NCBI GenBank assembly: GCA_001790815.1
Contig: MGDU01000018.1
Location: 788 to 64,787, forward strand
DNA: 64,000 bases
Source of the DNA: Candidatus Uhrbacteria bacterium RIFCSPHIGHO2_02_FULL_46_47
GTDB taxonomy: Bacteria; Patescibacteriota; Patescibacteriia; GWA2-47-26
Direction: 5' to 3'
Below, in pieces: positions 17,884 to 30,500 of this stretch (its first letter is position 1; every line of letters starts with the position of its first letter). Below the pieces are notes generated by a model. It was not told where the DNA came from. It made no database searches and worked only from the letters and a program-made list of their open reading frames with translations. Both the position numbers and the translations under genes were made by a program.

Positions 17884-18798
17884 CTAATTCATAATTCTCA
17901 CACTATTGAGCATCATTTCAAATGTTCTCTTATACGCGCCCTCCACTGCTGTTCCATATAAAACTACGTAGATAAAGCCTTGTCCCGCAAACACACCTCT
18001 TAGCGTCGCGCCCTCTTTTGCGAAAATACCCGGCAGTCCGGCTTTATTGGTTGTCCAATCGGAAATTTCCGCGCTTTGAAAATTGGAAGCGGCATAAGCG
18101 CGAGCAGTGGTATTTTCCGGATTGTCAATAACGCTTACCAAAATAGATTCGCCCGTGGCGCTTTGAAAGATAACTTCACGGGAAGCTATATCGCCTGCGA
18201 TTGTCCAGGGTTTTGGATACAGAATTTCATAACGGTACGTTGAACTTATAAATCGCACAGCAAACCCAGCGGCTTCTAGACGCTCCGGCGCAATGCCTGA
18301 CGGATTATACAGGTTAAACACTTCATGGCCGTCCAAAAAACCATCGTTGTCAGTATCCGGAACTGAGGATTGGCTTCCGTACAAATTTTCTTCTAAATCC
18401 GAAAGGCCATCGCTGTCAGTATCTTGCGTAGCAGTTGGTTGCGCGGGCAGGGTTGGCGGTGCAACAGGGGGCAAAGCCGGAGGAAGTTCAGGAATTTCAG
18501 GAGCGGGCGGTGGCACTTCAACCGCAGGAGGCGTGGGAGTTACTTCTGGGGCAGGAGTAGGCACAGCGGGCGCTTCCCGCAGGCCGCGCGTAAAATACCA
18601 GACCGATCCGCCAACCACTGCCACAAATAAAATACTAACCGCGCTTATAAAAAGCACTTTCGGCGATATTTTGCGCGGCGTTTTTGTTGGTTTTCCCGGA
18701 ATCAAACCAATCTCAGGCGCCTCTTTGTGGGGCACCTTCTTTGGCACTGCCCCGCCATAGTAGGCATCGGGAATAGTGTGGATGATAGTATCCGGCAT
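17884..18798 (-). CDS. Membrane-anchored Pro-rich protein with DxDxDG (bacterial TSP3-like) Ca-binding repeats
   Basis: TM segment, Pro-rich linker, DTDSDGLSD and DTDNDGFLDG.EV...YNP. Confidence 0.8.
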   Translation of the reverse strand: MPDTIIHTIPDAYYGGAVPKKVPHKEAPEIGLIPGKPTKTPRKISPKVLFISAVSILFVAVVGGSVWYFTRGLREAPAVPTPAPEVTPTPPAVEVPPPAPEIPELPPALPPVAPPTLPAQPTATQDTDSDGLSDLEENLYGSQSSVPDTDNDGFLDGHEVFNLYNPSGIAPERLEAAGFAVRFISSTYRYEILYPKPWTIAGDIASREVIFQSATGESILVSVIDNPENTTARAYAASNFQSAEISDWTTNKAGLPGIFAKEGATLRGVFAGQGFIYVVLYGTAVEGAYKRTFEMMLNSVRIMN

Positions 18799-18890
18799 AA
18801 TGACGAATGACTAAACCAGAATAACGAATGAATTTCCAATGACTAAATACCAAAATAACTCGTCATTAGTCATTCAGATTTCGGATTTCT

Positions 18891-19529
18891 TTACTGTCCC
18901 GCAGGGACAGTAAAGAGCTTCCCTTCTCCTTTCGGATTATATCCATTTCTTACTTCTTGCCCGTCAAGAAAATTATCTCCATCAGTATCTGCGTCTAAAG
19001 GATCCGTCTGATAGGTATTTACCTCTTCCCCATCCAAAAGACCATCATTGTCTGAATCCGGATTTTGCGGGTCAGTTCCGCGTGAAGTTTCATCTTCATC
19101 TGAAAGCCCGTCATTATCCGAATCTGCCGGCGGAGCAGGCGGTACTTCTTCCACAATAGTTTCTTCAGTTGGCGCAGTAGTAGCTTCGGGCAAAGTAGGA
19201 ATTTCCGGAGGAACTGGCTGTGATACTTCTGCTTGAGGCGGCGCTGGCGGCGCAGCACTGCGGCGCGCAAAACGAAGCACTGCCACTGCTATTCCGGCAA
19301 CAACAAGTATGCCAAGCACAATACCGCCAATTAAAATTGTTTTGCGCGAAGCAATAAGCGGCTGTTTTACTTCTGCCGGTGTTCCCTCACCCTCCCCGCG
19401 CCCTTTGGGAGAGGGTGCTCCGCCCGCAGGAGGAGCGGGTGAGGGAGCTGGCTCCACTTTTTCAAAAATATCTTCTGGCGCAGGGCCTGTGGGTAAATTA
19501 GGAGGCGTTTGTTCTTCAAACATTGGCAT
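18891..19529 (-). CDS. Membrane-anchored Pro-rich protein with DxDxDG repeats
   Basis: TM segment, three DSDNDGL/DTDGD repeats, GYNP.G.G ending. Confidence 0.8.
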   Translation of the reverse strand: MPMFEEQTPPNLPTGPAPEDIFEKVEPAPSPAPPAGGAPSPKGRGEGEGTPAEVKQPLIASRKTILIGGIVLGILVVAGIAVAVLRFARRSAAPPAPPQAEVSQPVPPEIPTLPEATTAPTEETIVEEVPPAPPADSDNDGLSDEDETSRGTDPQNPDSDNDGLLDGEEVNTYQTDPLDADTDGDNFLDGQEVRNGYNPKGEGKLFTVPAGQ

Positions 19530-19721
19530 AAAGGTTATGAGTTATGAGTTATTGGTTATTAGCCATGTGTATAACAAAGTATACCATATTTATTGATATT
19601 GACACAATGTAAAATCGGCGCTATGGTGTAAAAGTGGTTCGGAAACCAAATCCCCCACCAGCCTAATGGCTTTCCTCTCCCTTAGGGAGGGGGTAGGGTG
19701 AGGGTCAACAAGGAGGAAGAG

Positions 19722-21071
19722 ATGAAGACGTTCCTTTTCACGCTAGTGCTGGCATTCACGCTTGGCCTGACCATGTTCTCCTGCGGAAGCGGGGGCGGCA
19801 ACGGTAACGAAGGCGAGTCCGAAGCAGAAGCCGAAGCGGAAGGCGAAGAGGCCGAGGCTGAGTCTGAGTCCGAATCCGAGTGCGAACCTGAATCCTGCGA
19901 CGACGGCGTGGACTGCACAGATGATACCCTTGACGAAAAGGTGTGTGCCTGCGCATTCCAACCTCTCCACGGCCGTTGCGATCTCGGCATGATCTGCGAT
20001 CCTGCGGAAGGCGGCTGTGTCAGCCCGCCTCCCTGCGCCGTGGCGAGCGACTGTCCGGATCGCGATGGCGCTTGTTTGCAGGAATCCTGCAACACAGCCA
20101 CGGCGACCTGCGCATACTTGCCGCTGGACAGTGACGAGGACGGCCATTCGCCCCAAATCTGCACCTCGGTTGGCGGCGACGACTGCTACGATGATGCCAG
20201 CGAGATCTACCCCGGCGCTCCGGAGTTCTGCGACGGGCTGGACAACGACTGCGATGGAGAGGTGGACAGCTTCAGCCGTTCCTGCGGCTCCGACACCGGC
20301 GAGTGCGTTGCCGGGGAGCAGACCTGCGCAGACGGCGAGTGGTCGCAGTGCGATGATGTCGGCCCGGCCACCGAAGTCTGTGATGGGTTGGACAACGACT
20401 GCGATGGAGAAGTGGATGAGTTTCTCATCAACGATTGCAACGAATGCGGGCCGCTTCCGGAAGAAGTCTGCGACGGGGAGGACAATGATTGCGATGGAAC
20501 AACTGATGAAGGCCTGTTGAACGCGTGTGGGCAGTGCGGGCCTCTTCCGGAAGAAGTCTGCGACGGGGAGGACAATGACTGTGATGGAGAAGTAGACAAT
20601 GGTCTTCCAGAAATTGCTTGCGATGGGGAAGACGGCGATGAGTGTGAGGAAGGGTTTTGGCAGTGCGAAGATGGTGTGAGTTTCTGTGATGACCAAACCG
20701 GAAATACAATCGAATGGTGCAACAATAGTGTAGACAACGATTGTGATGGAGAAGTAGACGAGGGATGCGGTGATGCGTGTATCATGCCGCCATCCGCGTG
20801 TCCTTATGGCGGTTGGTGCGTCCCGGAGCCCGGGTGCCCCTACTGCGTCTGGACCTGCGCTACAGTTTCTGACTGTCCCGGAGGCGCCGCCTGCTATACT
20901 TGCGATTACTTTGGTGACGGGCTTTACCTCTGCAATCCCAAGTGGGACCCGGAGGCGAGTTGTCCCGCCGGTGAGATCGGGTACCCGCTTGGCGCGAGTT
21001 CGGAGTGCGATGGCGGCTTTGATCTATCCTTTTCAAGTGCACCTCTATGCACCATTGAGTGCACTCCGTAA
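19722..21071 (+). CDS. Cysteine-rich lipoprotein with MopE-related (E.CDG.DNDCDG..DE) repeats
   Basis: SD AAGGAGG; signal peptide ending in FSC; EAEAE linker; about five CDG.DNDCDG repeats. Confidence 0.85.
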   Translation: MKTFLFTLVLAFTLGLTMFSCGSGGGNGNEGESEAEAEAEGEEAEAESESESECEPESCDDGVDCTDDTLDEKVCACAFQPLHGRCDLGMICDPAEGGCVSPPPCAVASDCPDRDGACLQESCNTATATCAYLPLDSDEDGHSPQICTSVGGDDCYDDASEIYPGAPEFCDGLDNDCDGEVDSFSRSCGSDTGECVAGEQTCADGEWSQCDDVGPATEVCDGLDNDCDGEVDEFLINDCNECGPLPEEVCDGEDNDCDGTTDEGLLNACGQCGPLPEEVCDGEDNDCDGEVDNGLPEIACDGEDGDECEEGFWQCEDGVSFCDDQTGNTIEWCNNSVDNDCDGEVDEGCGDACIMPPSACPYGGWCVPEPGCPYCVWTCATVSDCPGGAACYTCDYFGDGLYLCNPKWDPEASCPAGEIGYPLGASSECDGGFDLSFSSAPLCTIECTP

Positions 21072-21275
21072 ATTAGAAGAAAATACAACGGCCGAGTCTG
21101 CCCCGCGCAGGCCCGGCCTCTTTTAATTGCCACGGATGAACCCGCTCTTATTTTCACCCTCATCTAGCATTGCAAAACTTGACGTATTATACTCGCCACG
21201 CTCGTGAAGCACTTCAACTCGGAACAAATACAAGCAAGCTTGTGCTTGATTCCTCGTTTTGTGCTATAATATCTA

Positions 21276-21478
21276 TGCGGTCAAAAGTATACGATCGTAT
21301 ACTTTTGACCGCAGTTGATTAATAACGCAGCTAAAGTGATTTTTTCCTAGTTACTGAAGCGGCGCAAATTTATAGAAACAAATTACAAAACTCACTACCC
21401 GCCTAGATGCGGGAATTACCGCATACCGCGCAAACAATACTACGGTCAAAAACCTACGATCGTATAGAATTGACCGCA
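21276..21478. repeat. Two related 38-bp palindromes (TGCGGTCAAAAGTATACGATCGTATACTTTTGACCGCA and a degenerate copy)
   Basis: Perfect palindrome at 21276-21313; related copy at about 21441-21478. Confidence 0.75.
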
Positions 21479-21575
21479 ACCAAAGTGCGGGGTAATGGTA
21501 AGCGAGTCACTTATTTAAAAAGGGAAGAAAAAGAAACCGCGGCCTATTTTAATTGACAAAATAATTTTGACATCA

Positions 21576-24500
21576 TTAAGGAGTTACATTAATCTTATAC
21601 GTTACTGAGCCGGCATCATCTAGTCCCTTATAAATTGTTCCATTGGAATCAGAGCACACAGCTGTTTTAGAACCGGTTTCAACTGCATCGGCTTTTCGTG
21701 CCTCGTCATGTAAAGTTCCAGTATGTACATTATTTGCTGCTGTTCCAGTTTGTGTTGATAAAGAACTACCAGAGGAACGGTGTAAAATCCAATTAGGTGA
21801 AACAAAACTTATATTTGAACTTTTTTGAAATCTATATGTTCCTGAATGATCACCATTGGGGGAATGCTGGTGAGGTATAGAAACAACCAATCCTCCTGCA
21901 AGCGTGGTAGTATGCGTATGAATAAAACCATCACTATGATGGAAAAGAATTTCAAGATCATACTGTCCAGGTAATAAAGAAGTAACACTGGTCTGTTTTG
22001 CATTTCCGCCATATGCAAAATCAATTAGCTGATCATCAAGATATACACAGAAGGTATCATTTGAATCACTATAGTCACTTACCTGTAAAGTTACCGCCAC
22101 ACAGTCAGTTGCCGAATTACAATCTTCATCAACCGCATTGTTGCATAGCTCAGTTGCATCAGGATTTACCTTGGCATTGTTATCATTGCAATCCGTTGAA
22201 GCAGGATAGTTGTCATTGTCTTGATCATTGTCACAGGTATCAGAAACACGATCCCCTGCGTATTGCCCACTTGAAAGATTAGTGACTGCAGATGTTGGTT
22301 GTGATTTATAACTAACAGAGCCTTGTAAGATATTTTCCCTATCAAAATTATTTTCCGTACAAGTGCCTCCAGTACAAACCGTACTGGGTTCCGTGCAATT
22401 TGCTGTAGGATTATTACCGCCACTACACTGCTTTAATTTATTTTGGCAAAACGATCCGCCGCGGCATGCTTGCGTACAATTATTGGCGGTACAAGTCGGC
22501 GGCCCCGGCCGCAGGCGAACTTGGTCTACATGAATATCATCATCATAGTTTTCCACACGAATACGCAACCACCCATCATAAGCACGATTAGGACCAGCAT
22601 CATAAGCCGCGGTAAGCTCAATATATTGCCAAGTATTGGGATCGTGGTCTAATTGGAAATAGGAGTTTGGCGAGGAGTCTGGCGGATATTTATATTCCGT
22701 ATCATTTGGAGCGCCTTCCCGATCCATAATTAATCTCACCCCTTGCGATCCGGTAGTTTGATCAGTATTGACCCAAGCAGATGCGACATACGTTTTTCCA
22801 TCAGTATCAGGAAATCGATATCGAACTTCGCCTGCATTTGCAGATGGATCAATTCGCATTGTGTAAGTACTGTTGTATCCTGGAGTATGGCGTACAGCAA
22901 CTGCATTGCCCTCTACCCATGCATCAACATCAGCAACGGTAGCAAAATTCCCAAAATACTCATTTGTGCCAACTGTTCCTTTGCATACATATTTGGGCGC
23001 GCCGACAATGCCAGCGGTATAACTCAACCCTTGCGTGCCTTCGCACTGTTCAGAGGGCGGTTCATAAATTGTGTTGCCGCAAAAACCGCCGGTGCGCGTA
23101 ATAGCATTGCATTGGTTGTCGCAATAGGTACAGTTTCCTCCATATTGCGGTGTGCAAGGAACGCCGTTTTGCGCGCCTAAATCACAATCTTCAGGATCTT
23201 GGCAAACTCCACCGGTTCCGCATTGTTCGTTAGTCGTGCATGGTCTGCCTTTTTGCGCGTCAGTTCCCGTGGTACAAACTTTGATTTGATTCTTGCCATC
23301 ACCACACTGCGCGCGCGTGCAATTGTTAAGACATCCGTCTTCGTCGCCGTCCGGAGTGCTGTTATTATTCGCATCCGCGGTATTTTGCTGCCCATCATCA
23401 CACTGCTCCGTGCCATTTGTTGTTCCGTCGCCACAGCGCTCGCCGGTTTGCACACACGAGGAAGACCAACCTCCCGAAGCTCCCCAAGTGCATCCGCTTG
23501 TACAAGTACGTTCAAACGCTGTGCTATATCCTCCGATAAAGGTTGGTGCCGAGGTTGTGCTTACTGAAATATCATATTGAATGTAGCCGGGGTCTGTGGA
23601 ATGAGTCCGCGCGCACCATGCAGTTGTACCATTATCACCATTAGGCAATTGGCAACCATTTGTAGCGCTGCGTCCTGTGCATGTTTCTCCTGCTAAAGGA
23701 CAATCCGCATCGCGTGCACAGAGCGTTGTACTTATAGAACAATGTCCAAAAAGTATCGTTCCCACCGGAAGCGCTTGGGGCATATGCAAACGGCCAACTG
23801 TGTAATCATCTGCAGTACCAGCAGCAGGACCATATAGAGAGCTGCCACCTGTTGCTCCGGCAGAAGTGTGTATGATTGGCGTCCTTCTGAAACTTACTCC
23901 TGATCCCCAAACAAGCTGATAATGACCTTGATTATATCCGTTTTTATATTTTATTATTACGGAGTGAGTTCCGAGTGGCAGAGTGAATGTTTTGGGTTCA
24001 TCTTGATACCCGGCAGTGCCAATACCAATACTGGATCCATCCAAAAATATTTCAAAAGTATCCAAGGCCACATCCTCTTCTGGTTGTTTTTGTTGAATCG
24101 TCAAAGTTGTAGTTAATCCTCCAAGCGTGCCTGCAGGTCCGCAAATTGCGCAGGTTTGTCCGGGGTCGCACTGCGCATTGCTTGTGCAGGGCGTTGCAGT
24201 AAGAGCTCCGCTGGAAACAATTCTACACCTGCCTGCTGAGCGGCCAGTATTGCCTAGTTCGCACTGCTCAGTGCCGTTCACGAAAGTATCTCCGCAGTGT
24301 TGCGCAGGGCCGCCGCAATCAAATTTGCAACAGCCATAATCTCCATTTACGCAGGCAGTTGATGGTGCAGCCGCTGTTCCGGCAGTTGAAAAGGTTTCGG
24401 TTGCAAAGTTATAAGTTTGCCGATCACAAACCTCTGCTCCGGTTTTAATGCCATCTCCGCAGTGCGCGGCAAGGCCTGTACAGGTCGCGTTGCACTTTCC

Positions 24501-27500
24501 ATAATTTCCGTTCAATAATCCATCGTCGCAGACTTCATGTTCTCCTGAATCATTAGTATCACCGTCATTATTCAAATCAATATCTTCACGAAGGCCATTG
24601 CCGCAAAAAGTACCGCCTGGAGAGCAATCCGCCGCATCAACCGTACCGCCAGGCCAATCATTCCAATTAGAACAATCACTCTTGCACTCTCGCCGCGCCG
24701 TGCAAGAAGTTAATTTTTGACAAAGGCCTTGCGAGTTACCATCGCCGTCAAGCGGGCAAGGTGTATTTTCCGCAAGTGTTGGGCAAGTTACAGATGGATT
24801 GCCGGTACAGCGTTTTTCGCCTCCAGGAGCAAAATTTACCACCGCAGTATTTTCAGTTCCTAATTCACAAATCTCTGGAGGTTCAATAATAAGATTTCCG
24901 CTTTCTGGAAGTTCAATAATACGATTTCCGCATACCGCAGTCGCATTGCTCCAAGTAGTTCCCGCGGCCTCAACTTCGCATCCGCCGCTGGTATCAACTT
25001 CTTGCTCGCCTGTTGAAGGATCCCAACCATAAACATCCCAAGCCATAGTTTCATTCTCCACCTTTTCCACAAGCTCAAACGCGGAGGATAATTTATAGCC
25101 AACCCCGCCCAAGGATTGATATTGATAAATATGGCTTCCTTTTGGACAAATATACTTTTGCATTTGCTCATTCCAGCAAGTTGCCGGGTTATATGTTCCT
25201 TTCTCTGTCGGGCCTGAAACACATGGCGCGCCAAACCGATCTATCGGATCTTGCGGCAAAGGCGCACCAAGAGCGGAGCCAAACGTAGCATTCCAAGAAG
25301 GCCATTTTGAAGTGGAAAGCGAACGGATAAAGGTGCCGGCTTCTAAAGTGGGATAGCGGCCGGTGCGCGCCTTATATCCGGCAAGGGCGGCCTGCATTGC
25401 GGTTACCTGTTGTATGCGGATAATATCGCGGGCAAGTTTTTCTCTGTCGGAGCGGCACACTACGGTTTCACCGGTTGCGCAATCAAGATCCTTAACGCAT
25501 GATTTTTGCACGCATAAACCATCCACACCATCTGTTTCGCAATCATCATCATTATTGTCCTCGCAATCCTGAGTTGGATTATTGGCGCAGAAATTTTTCT
25601 CGCAGGTTTTCAGATTTTCAAGATTTACGTTGAATTTAAGATTTTCAATCAACTCATCAAACACTACTTTAAGATTTGCTGGCGCGCCTTCAGAAAGAGA
25701 GATCAAATACACATTATCAAATACCTTCTTTGTCGGAGGGCTTGTTGTTGTATCAGTTGTGGCATTTGTCGCGGCAATGTAAATAGTATTGCCTTCCTGA
25801 AGCGCTTGATAGCCGTCAATGGGCGCCGGCGTTGGCGAAGGCGTACCGCCAAAACCCATGCGGTTGTACCAAGCAGCTAAGGGCAAACGCTCCGGATTGG
25901 AAAGCACGCGTATACCAATGGCATCATCTTTAACCCGTCCGCGGCGCAAAGTTACTTTATGAATTTTCAGATTCGGATCCCAAATAGAACCTTCAGCATA
26001 AGTTGTCCCGTCAACGATAAGCTGAGCGCTTGGTAATTTATCTTCATTAGTCCAAGTTTCATCTTCATTGGTCCAAGTAAGTTTGACGGCGTGATCGCCT
26101 TTGGAAACGCCGCGCAAAATTAAACGACCGTCGTTACGCTTGGTTTCAGATCCGGCTTGATTAACAACAAAACCTTTAACAGCGCCATCGAGGCTAATTT
26201 GAATACGGTGATAGTATGCGCCAGTCAGTTCTTTAACATCATCGGACCGATTGCGAAGCGCGGCTCGCACAGCATCAGGAATATTCTTTGCCTCCAGCAC
26301 CGCGGCAAGATTGGAAAGATCATCATCTTTAGGATCATTATTATGATCGTAATTGGAAGTTTCAACCGCGATTTCATAATCGCCCGGCTCAGGGAAATTA
26401 AATGTATAGTCAGGAAACGAACCATTGTTCTCTCTTATGTCATTAGCTGGTTGACGCACGCCATTGGGCACAGAAACACCTTGAGTAAATGATTTGGCAG
26501 TAAGCAAGATTTCCTTAAGCGTCTGCGGCGCTGGATTATCATGCGAGCTTGCAATATAATAAGCATTTTTTGGTTTTGGGAAAAGTCCGGTAATAAGCGG
26601 GATGAGCACTGGCGGCGGATAAGAAAGCTCAGGCAAAAGCGTTGCGCCATCGCGGCAATAGTGCGTTCTAAAATTCAACGGCCGCTCAGTCCCTAAAATA
26701 TGCGCGTCTATGACGGGTGCTGTACCATACTCCTCATTATCAATCAAATAATACGTGGTTGTCGCATCAGCCGGCCACGGGTTGTCACAGCGGAATAAAC
26801 TAAATTCCGCAAAACCCACGCGCGTTTGTCCGGCTTGTTCGCCGCAATCCTGATCAGTTACGCAGGTACGACTGCTATTGTTGGCGCACTTCAGCGCGCC
26901 TGAAATTTCACGGCAAATCCCCGGTTGAATAATGGATTCTGGACGCACAAAATCTTCGGTAATCGTGGCGGTGGCATTAACTTGCGCTGTGCCGTCTTTA
27001 GTGCCGGCTGTTACGGTTTGTTCAGGAAGCGTTACTGGACTAAGAGGATTTGTTGCGGAACAACCAGTTGTGGCCCCATACGGTTTTCCTCCACACCTCT
27101 GTTCAGTTCTATTTGTTGCGGTTACGGTTTCCAGCTCAGAGGATCCCCAAGACCAAGCCCAGCTATAACCCGGCACCGGATAAATCGGTTGTCGTTCGTG
27201 ACTTTGTGTAGCAGTCCTTGTGGCAGAAGTATAAGCAGTTGCCTCAACATCCGCGGTCTGCGCTGTTGCGGTAAGGGCCGCAGTATCCGGCGGTACCACG
27301 ATTACCTCCACCTCATCAAGGGTGCAAATATCCTTGCCGGTTGTAAATTCCCAGCTCATGTCCAGACCAAAGGCCCCGCCATTAAATCCGACCCCAGCTT
27401 GGGAGCGCAGGCCGCCTTTTACCACTTCCCCGGTTGCGGTAAATTTATCGCCGGCAATGCCAACGCGATATGTTACAGGGTCGTCTTTATCGCCAAGCAT

Positions 27501-30500
27501 TTTTGAGGGCTGTAAAATAACCGCTTGTCCGTTTTGCGCCGCCGTAGTCGTAAGCTCAATGTCAGATTCAACACACCAAACCGGATTTTGCGCGCGCGCA
27601 GATGGCGTTAAACGCTTGAATAATTCCACAATCCAGCGCCAAGCGCGCGCGAAAATATGGGTTGACTTTGCTTGCGTGATAACAACTTTGCGCAATTCCA
27701 CCTGATCAAAAAGCGCTTCGGTTTCTCCGCCAACAATGGCGACAAAAACCACGTATTCTCCGGCCTCAACTGTGGTAAAAGTTCCGCTGACATTTACCCA
27801 GCCGGATGTTTGTGTCAAAGGTCCGCGCGCAAATCTCAAGTAGGGATCCGCGCCGGTTCTTTCTTTATATAATCCAATTCCAATCGGGCTTTCCGTAACT
27901 GTTCCCATGCTGATTACGCGCACTTTTGCGGAAAGAGTGTAGGAGGTATTGGCCGGAAGAGTTACGGTTTGCGTGGCAGTTACTGATGGGCCGTCAGGAG
28001 GCGCTTTATCCTGTTCAATGGCGAGCACGTCGGTTTCCACCATTTCTGCACTTATTGCGTAAGTGCCGGCAATTTGATCAGCAGAAGACAGTTCACGGCG
28101 AGAAATATTATCGGCGGCATTGGCAGTTTGGTCTTTCTCCAGTGTCCACGCCAGAGGCGTTTCTTGCTCAAAACTACTATTGCGCAAAATGTTTGGAGAG
28201 ATAATTTGCCCGTTGTCGCGAACTTCAGCCGTGCCTGCCGGACATTTATCCTCATATTGCCGCGCTAAAATGAAATTACCTGATAAGCTTTCTTGATCCA
28301 TGGGCTGGCTAAAAGTGGCGCGAATAAGCGCGTTGCGGCACACTTCGCCAATGGTCGGCGTGCGCGCGGTAACCGTCGGACGATTGTAACAGCAATTGTC
28401 GCTTCCGCGACCGATTGTTGGACTGGCAGAGCCATTTGGCACTGGACAATCTTTATCAGTTTTTGCCACGCAATAAACCGTAAGCGGAGAAGCGCCGGTT
28501 TTTCCACCCGCGGTTGCTTGCACATCAGTGGTGGACCAGGGATTGGTTGGCGCGCAAATGCCAAAACCTGCGGTGGTGCAGTTAGTATTTGAAGTGCATG
28601 ATACCAATTGACCTCCCACAGTTTCTTGAAAATCCGGCGTGGTATCGGAGCGGCAGAATTTTTTAATTCCTTCCGCGCGCGCTTGCTGAAATGGATCGCG
28701 GCGCGGCGGAGTTTCAGGTAAGGTTGCCGGCGACACTGGTCCGGCTTCTGCTTTCGTTCCTTCATTCAAACACGCGCTGGAACAGCTATCGCCAGATGCG
28801 GCATTGCCATCATCGCAGTCTTCTCCCTTGTCAAGTTTTCCATTGCCGCAAGTGCGGGGCGATCCTTCATGCAAACAGTCTGCGGAACAGCCGTCGCCAA
28901 CATTTCCTATTGCGCATGGTTGTCTTACAGGATGACCTCCGCAATCTTTGCTGGCCTCATCACATTCCTCGCCGGTTTCAATAATTCCATTCCCGCATTT
29001 CGGTTGCGGTAAAGTCCCGCGCAAAAGACAAGTTTCCGGATTGCAAAAATATTTGCGTATGCCGGTTGTTTCGTTTGGATCGCATTCTTCTCCGCCAAGT
29101 TCCGGATTATTTTGCGGATGATCAACTGTGCCATTTCCGCACTGCCCAGTTGCGCGGCTTGTGCCTTCATTTAAACAAATCGGAGAACATCCATCACTGG
29201 CGAGATTATTGCCATCATCACAATCTTCGCCGGATTCCACAATTTCATTGCCGCAACAATTAGTTGTTGCTCCAAGCGGACATGGCGTACTGCCGCGATG
29301 CAAACAATTGTTAGAACACCAAGGCGTTTCATACTCGAGGGAGGTTTTTTCACATTCCTCTACAACATCAGGATCGTCACCTTCTCCACAGGCAAACTCA
29401 AAATCTGACCCTTCATTGAGACAAAACTCGTCACAACCATCGTCGGCAAAGGTATTTCCATCATCGCAATCTTCTCCTTGCTCGGAAATTCCATCACCGC
29501 AAGAAGGAATAGTATTGACTCCGGGCTGGTTTACAATTGTGGCAATAACCTGATCTTGCGTGTCCCAGCTCCAATTATAAATAAACTGATTTAATTTTTG
29601 TCCTTGCGGAGAGCAAGAATCCGGCGGGCCATAGGGCTGGGAACTGTACGGCTGACGCGCGCCAATCACATATAAAGAGGCCTGCGCCGGATTTACTTCA
29701 ACGCGGTCAACGCCGCAAGGCAAATCTTTAGTTTTGAAAGTCCAGGAAAAGGTATTGCACCGCTCGTCTACCGGAGCGCTTGGCAAAAGACTGCATCGTA
29801 CACCCTCTTCGTGCGGAGCGCCTGACACTTCCCAGTTATATATAAAATTCAAATTGCTTAAAGTTTTTCCAAGCGCGCCGCCGCTGGCCAGGCCATGCAG
29901 GCCTTCCACTTGTACAGTTGTTGCCGGATTGTCCGCGCCGCGCAAAAGTACGCGATAATTAGTATTGGGGTTAAGCATGCCTGCATCTATAGACACTGCG
30001 TTGGTATTTGTATCCCAAGTTAATATCAGATCATTGCTATTAACCGACTCCGCCGGGCGGCCTTCATTTTTGCATACGTTGGAACAACCGTCGCCATTTG
30101 CAACATTTTTATCATCACAATCTTCGCCATTGTCCAGCGCGCCATTGCCGCAAACAGGCGCCGCAGTGCCTTCATTTGCGCATATTGATGAACAACCATC
30201 ATTATTGGTCGTGTTGCGGTCATCGCAATCCTCCCCGATTTCCGGCTTTCCGCCATTGCCACAGGTTGCGCTGGGCCGGCCTTCATTTAAACATTTGCTG
30301 GAACAGCCGTCGCCGGAAACTGTGTTGCCATCGTCACAGTCCTCGCCGGCGTCAGCCGTGCCGCCATTGCCACAGGCCGGAATCGTACCGGGTGATGATC
30401 CTTCATTGCGGCATGCTCCATCACAGCCGTCCCCCGGCTGAAGATTTCCATCATCACAATCTTCGCCAATTTCAATTTTACGATTGCCGCACCCTTGCCC

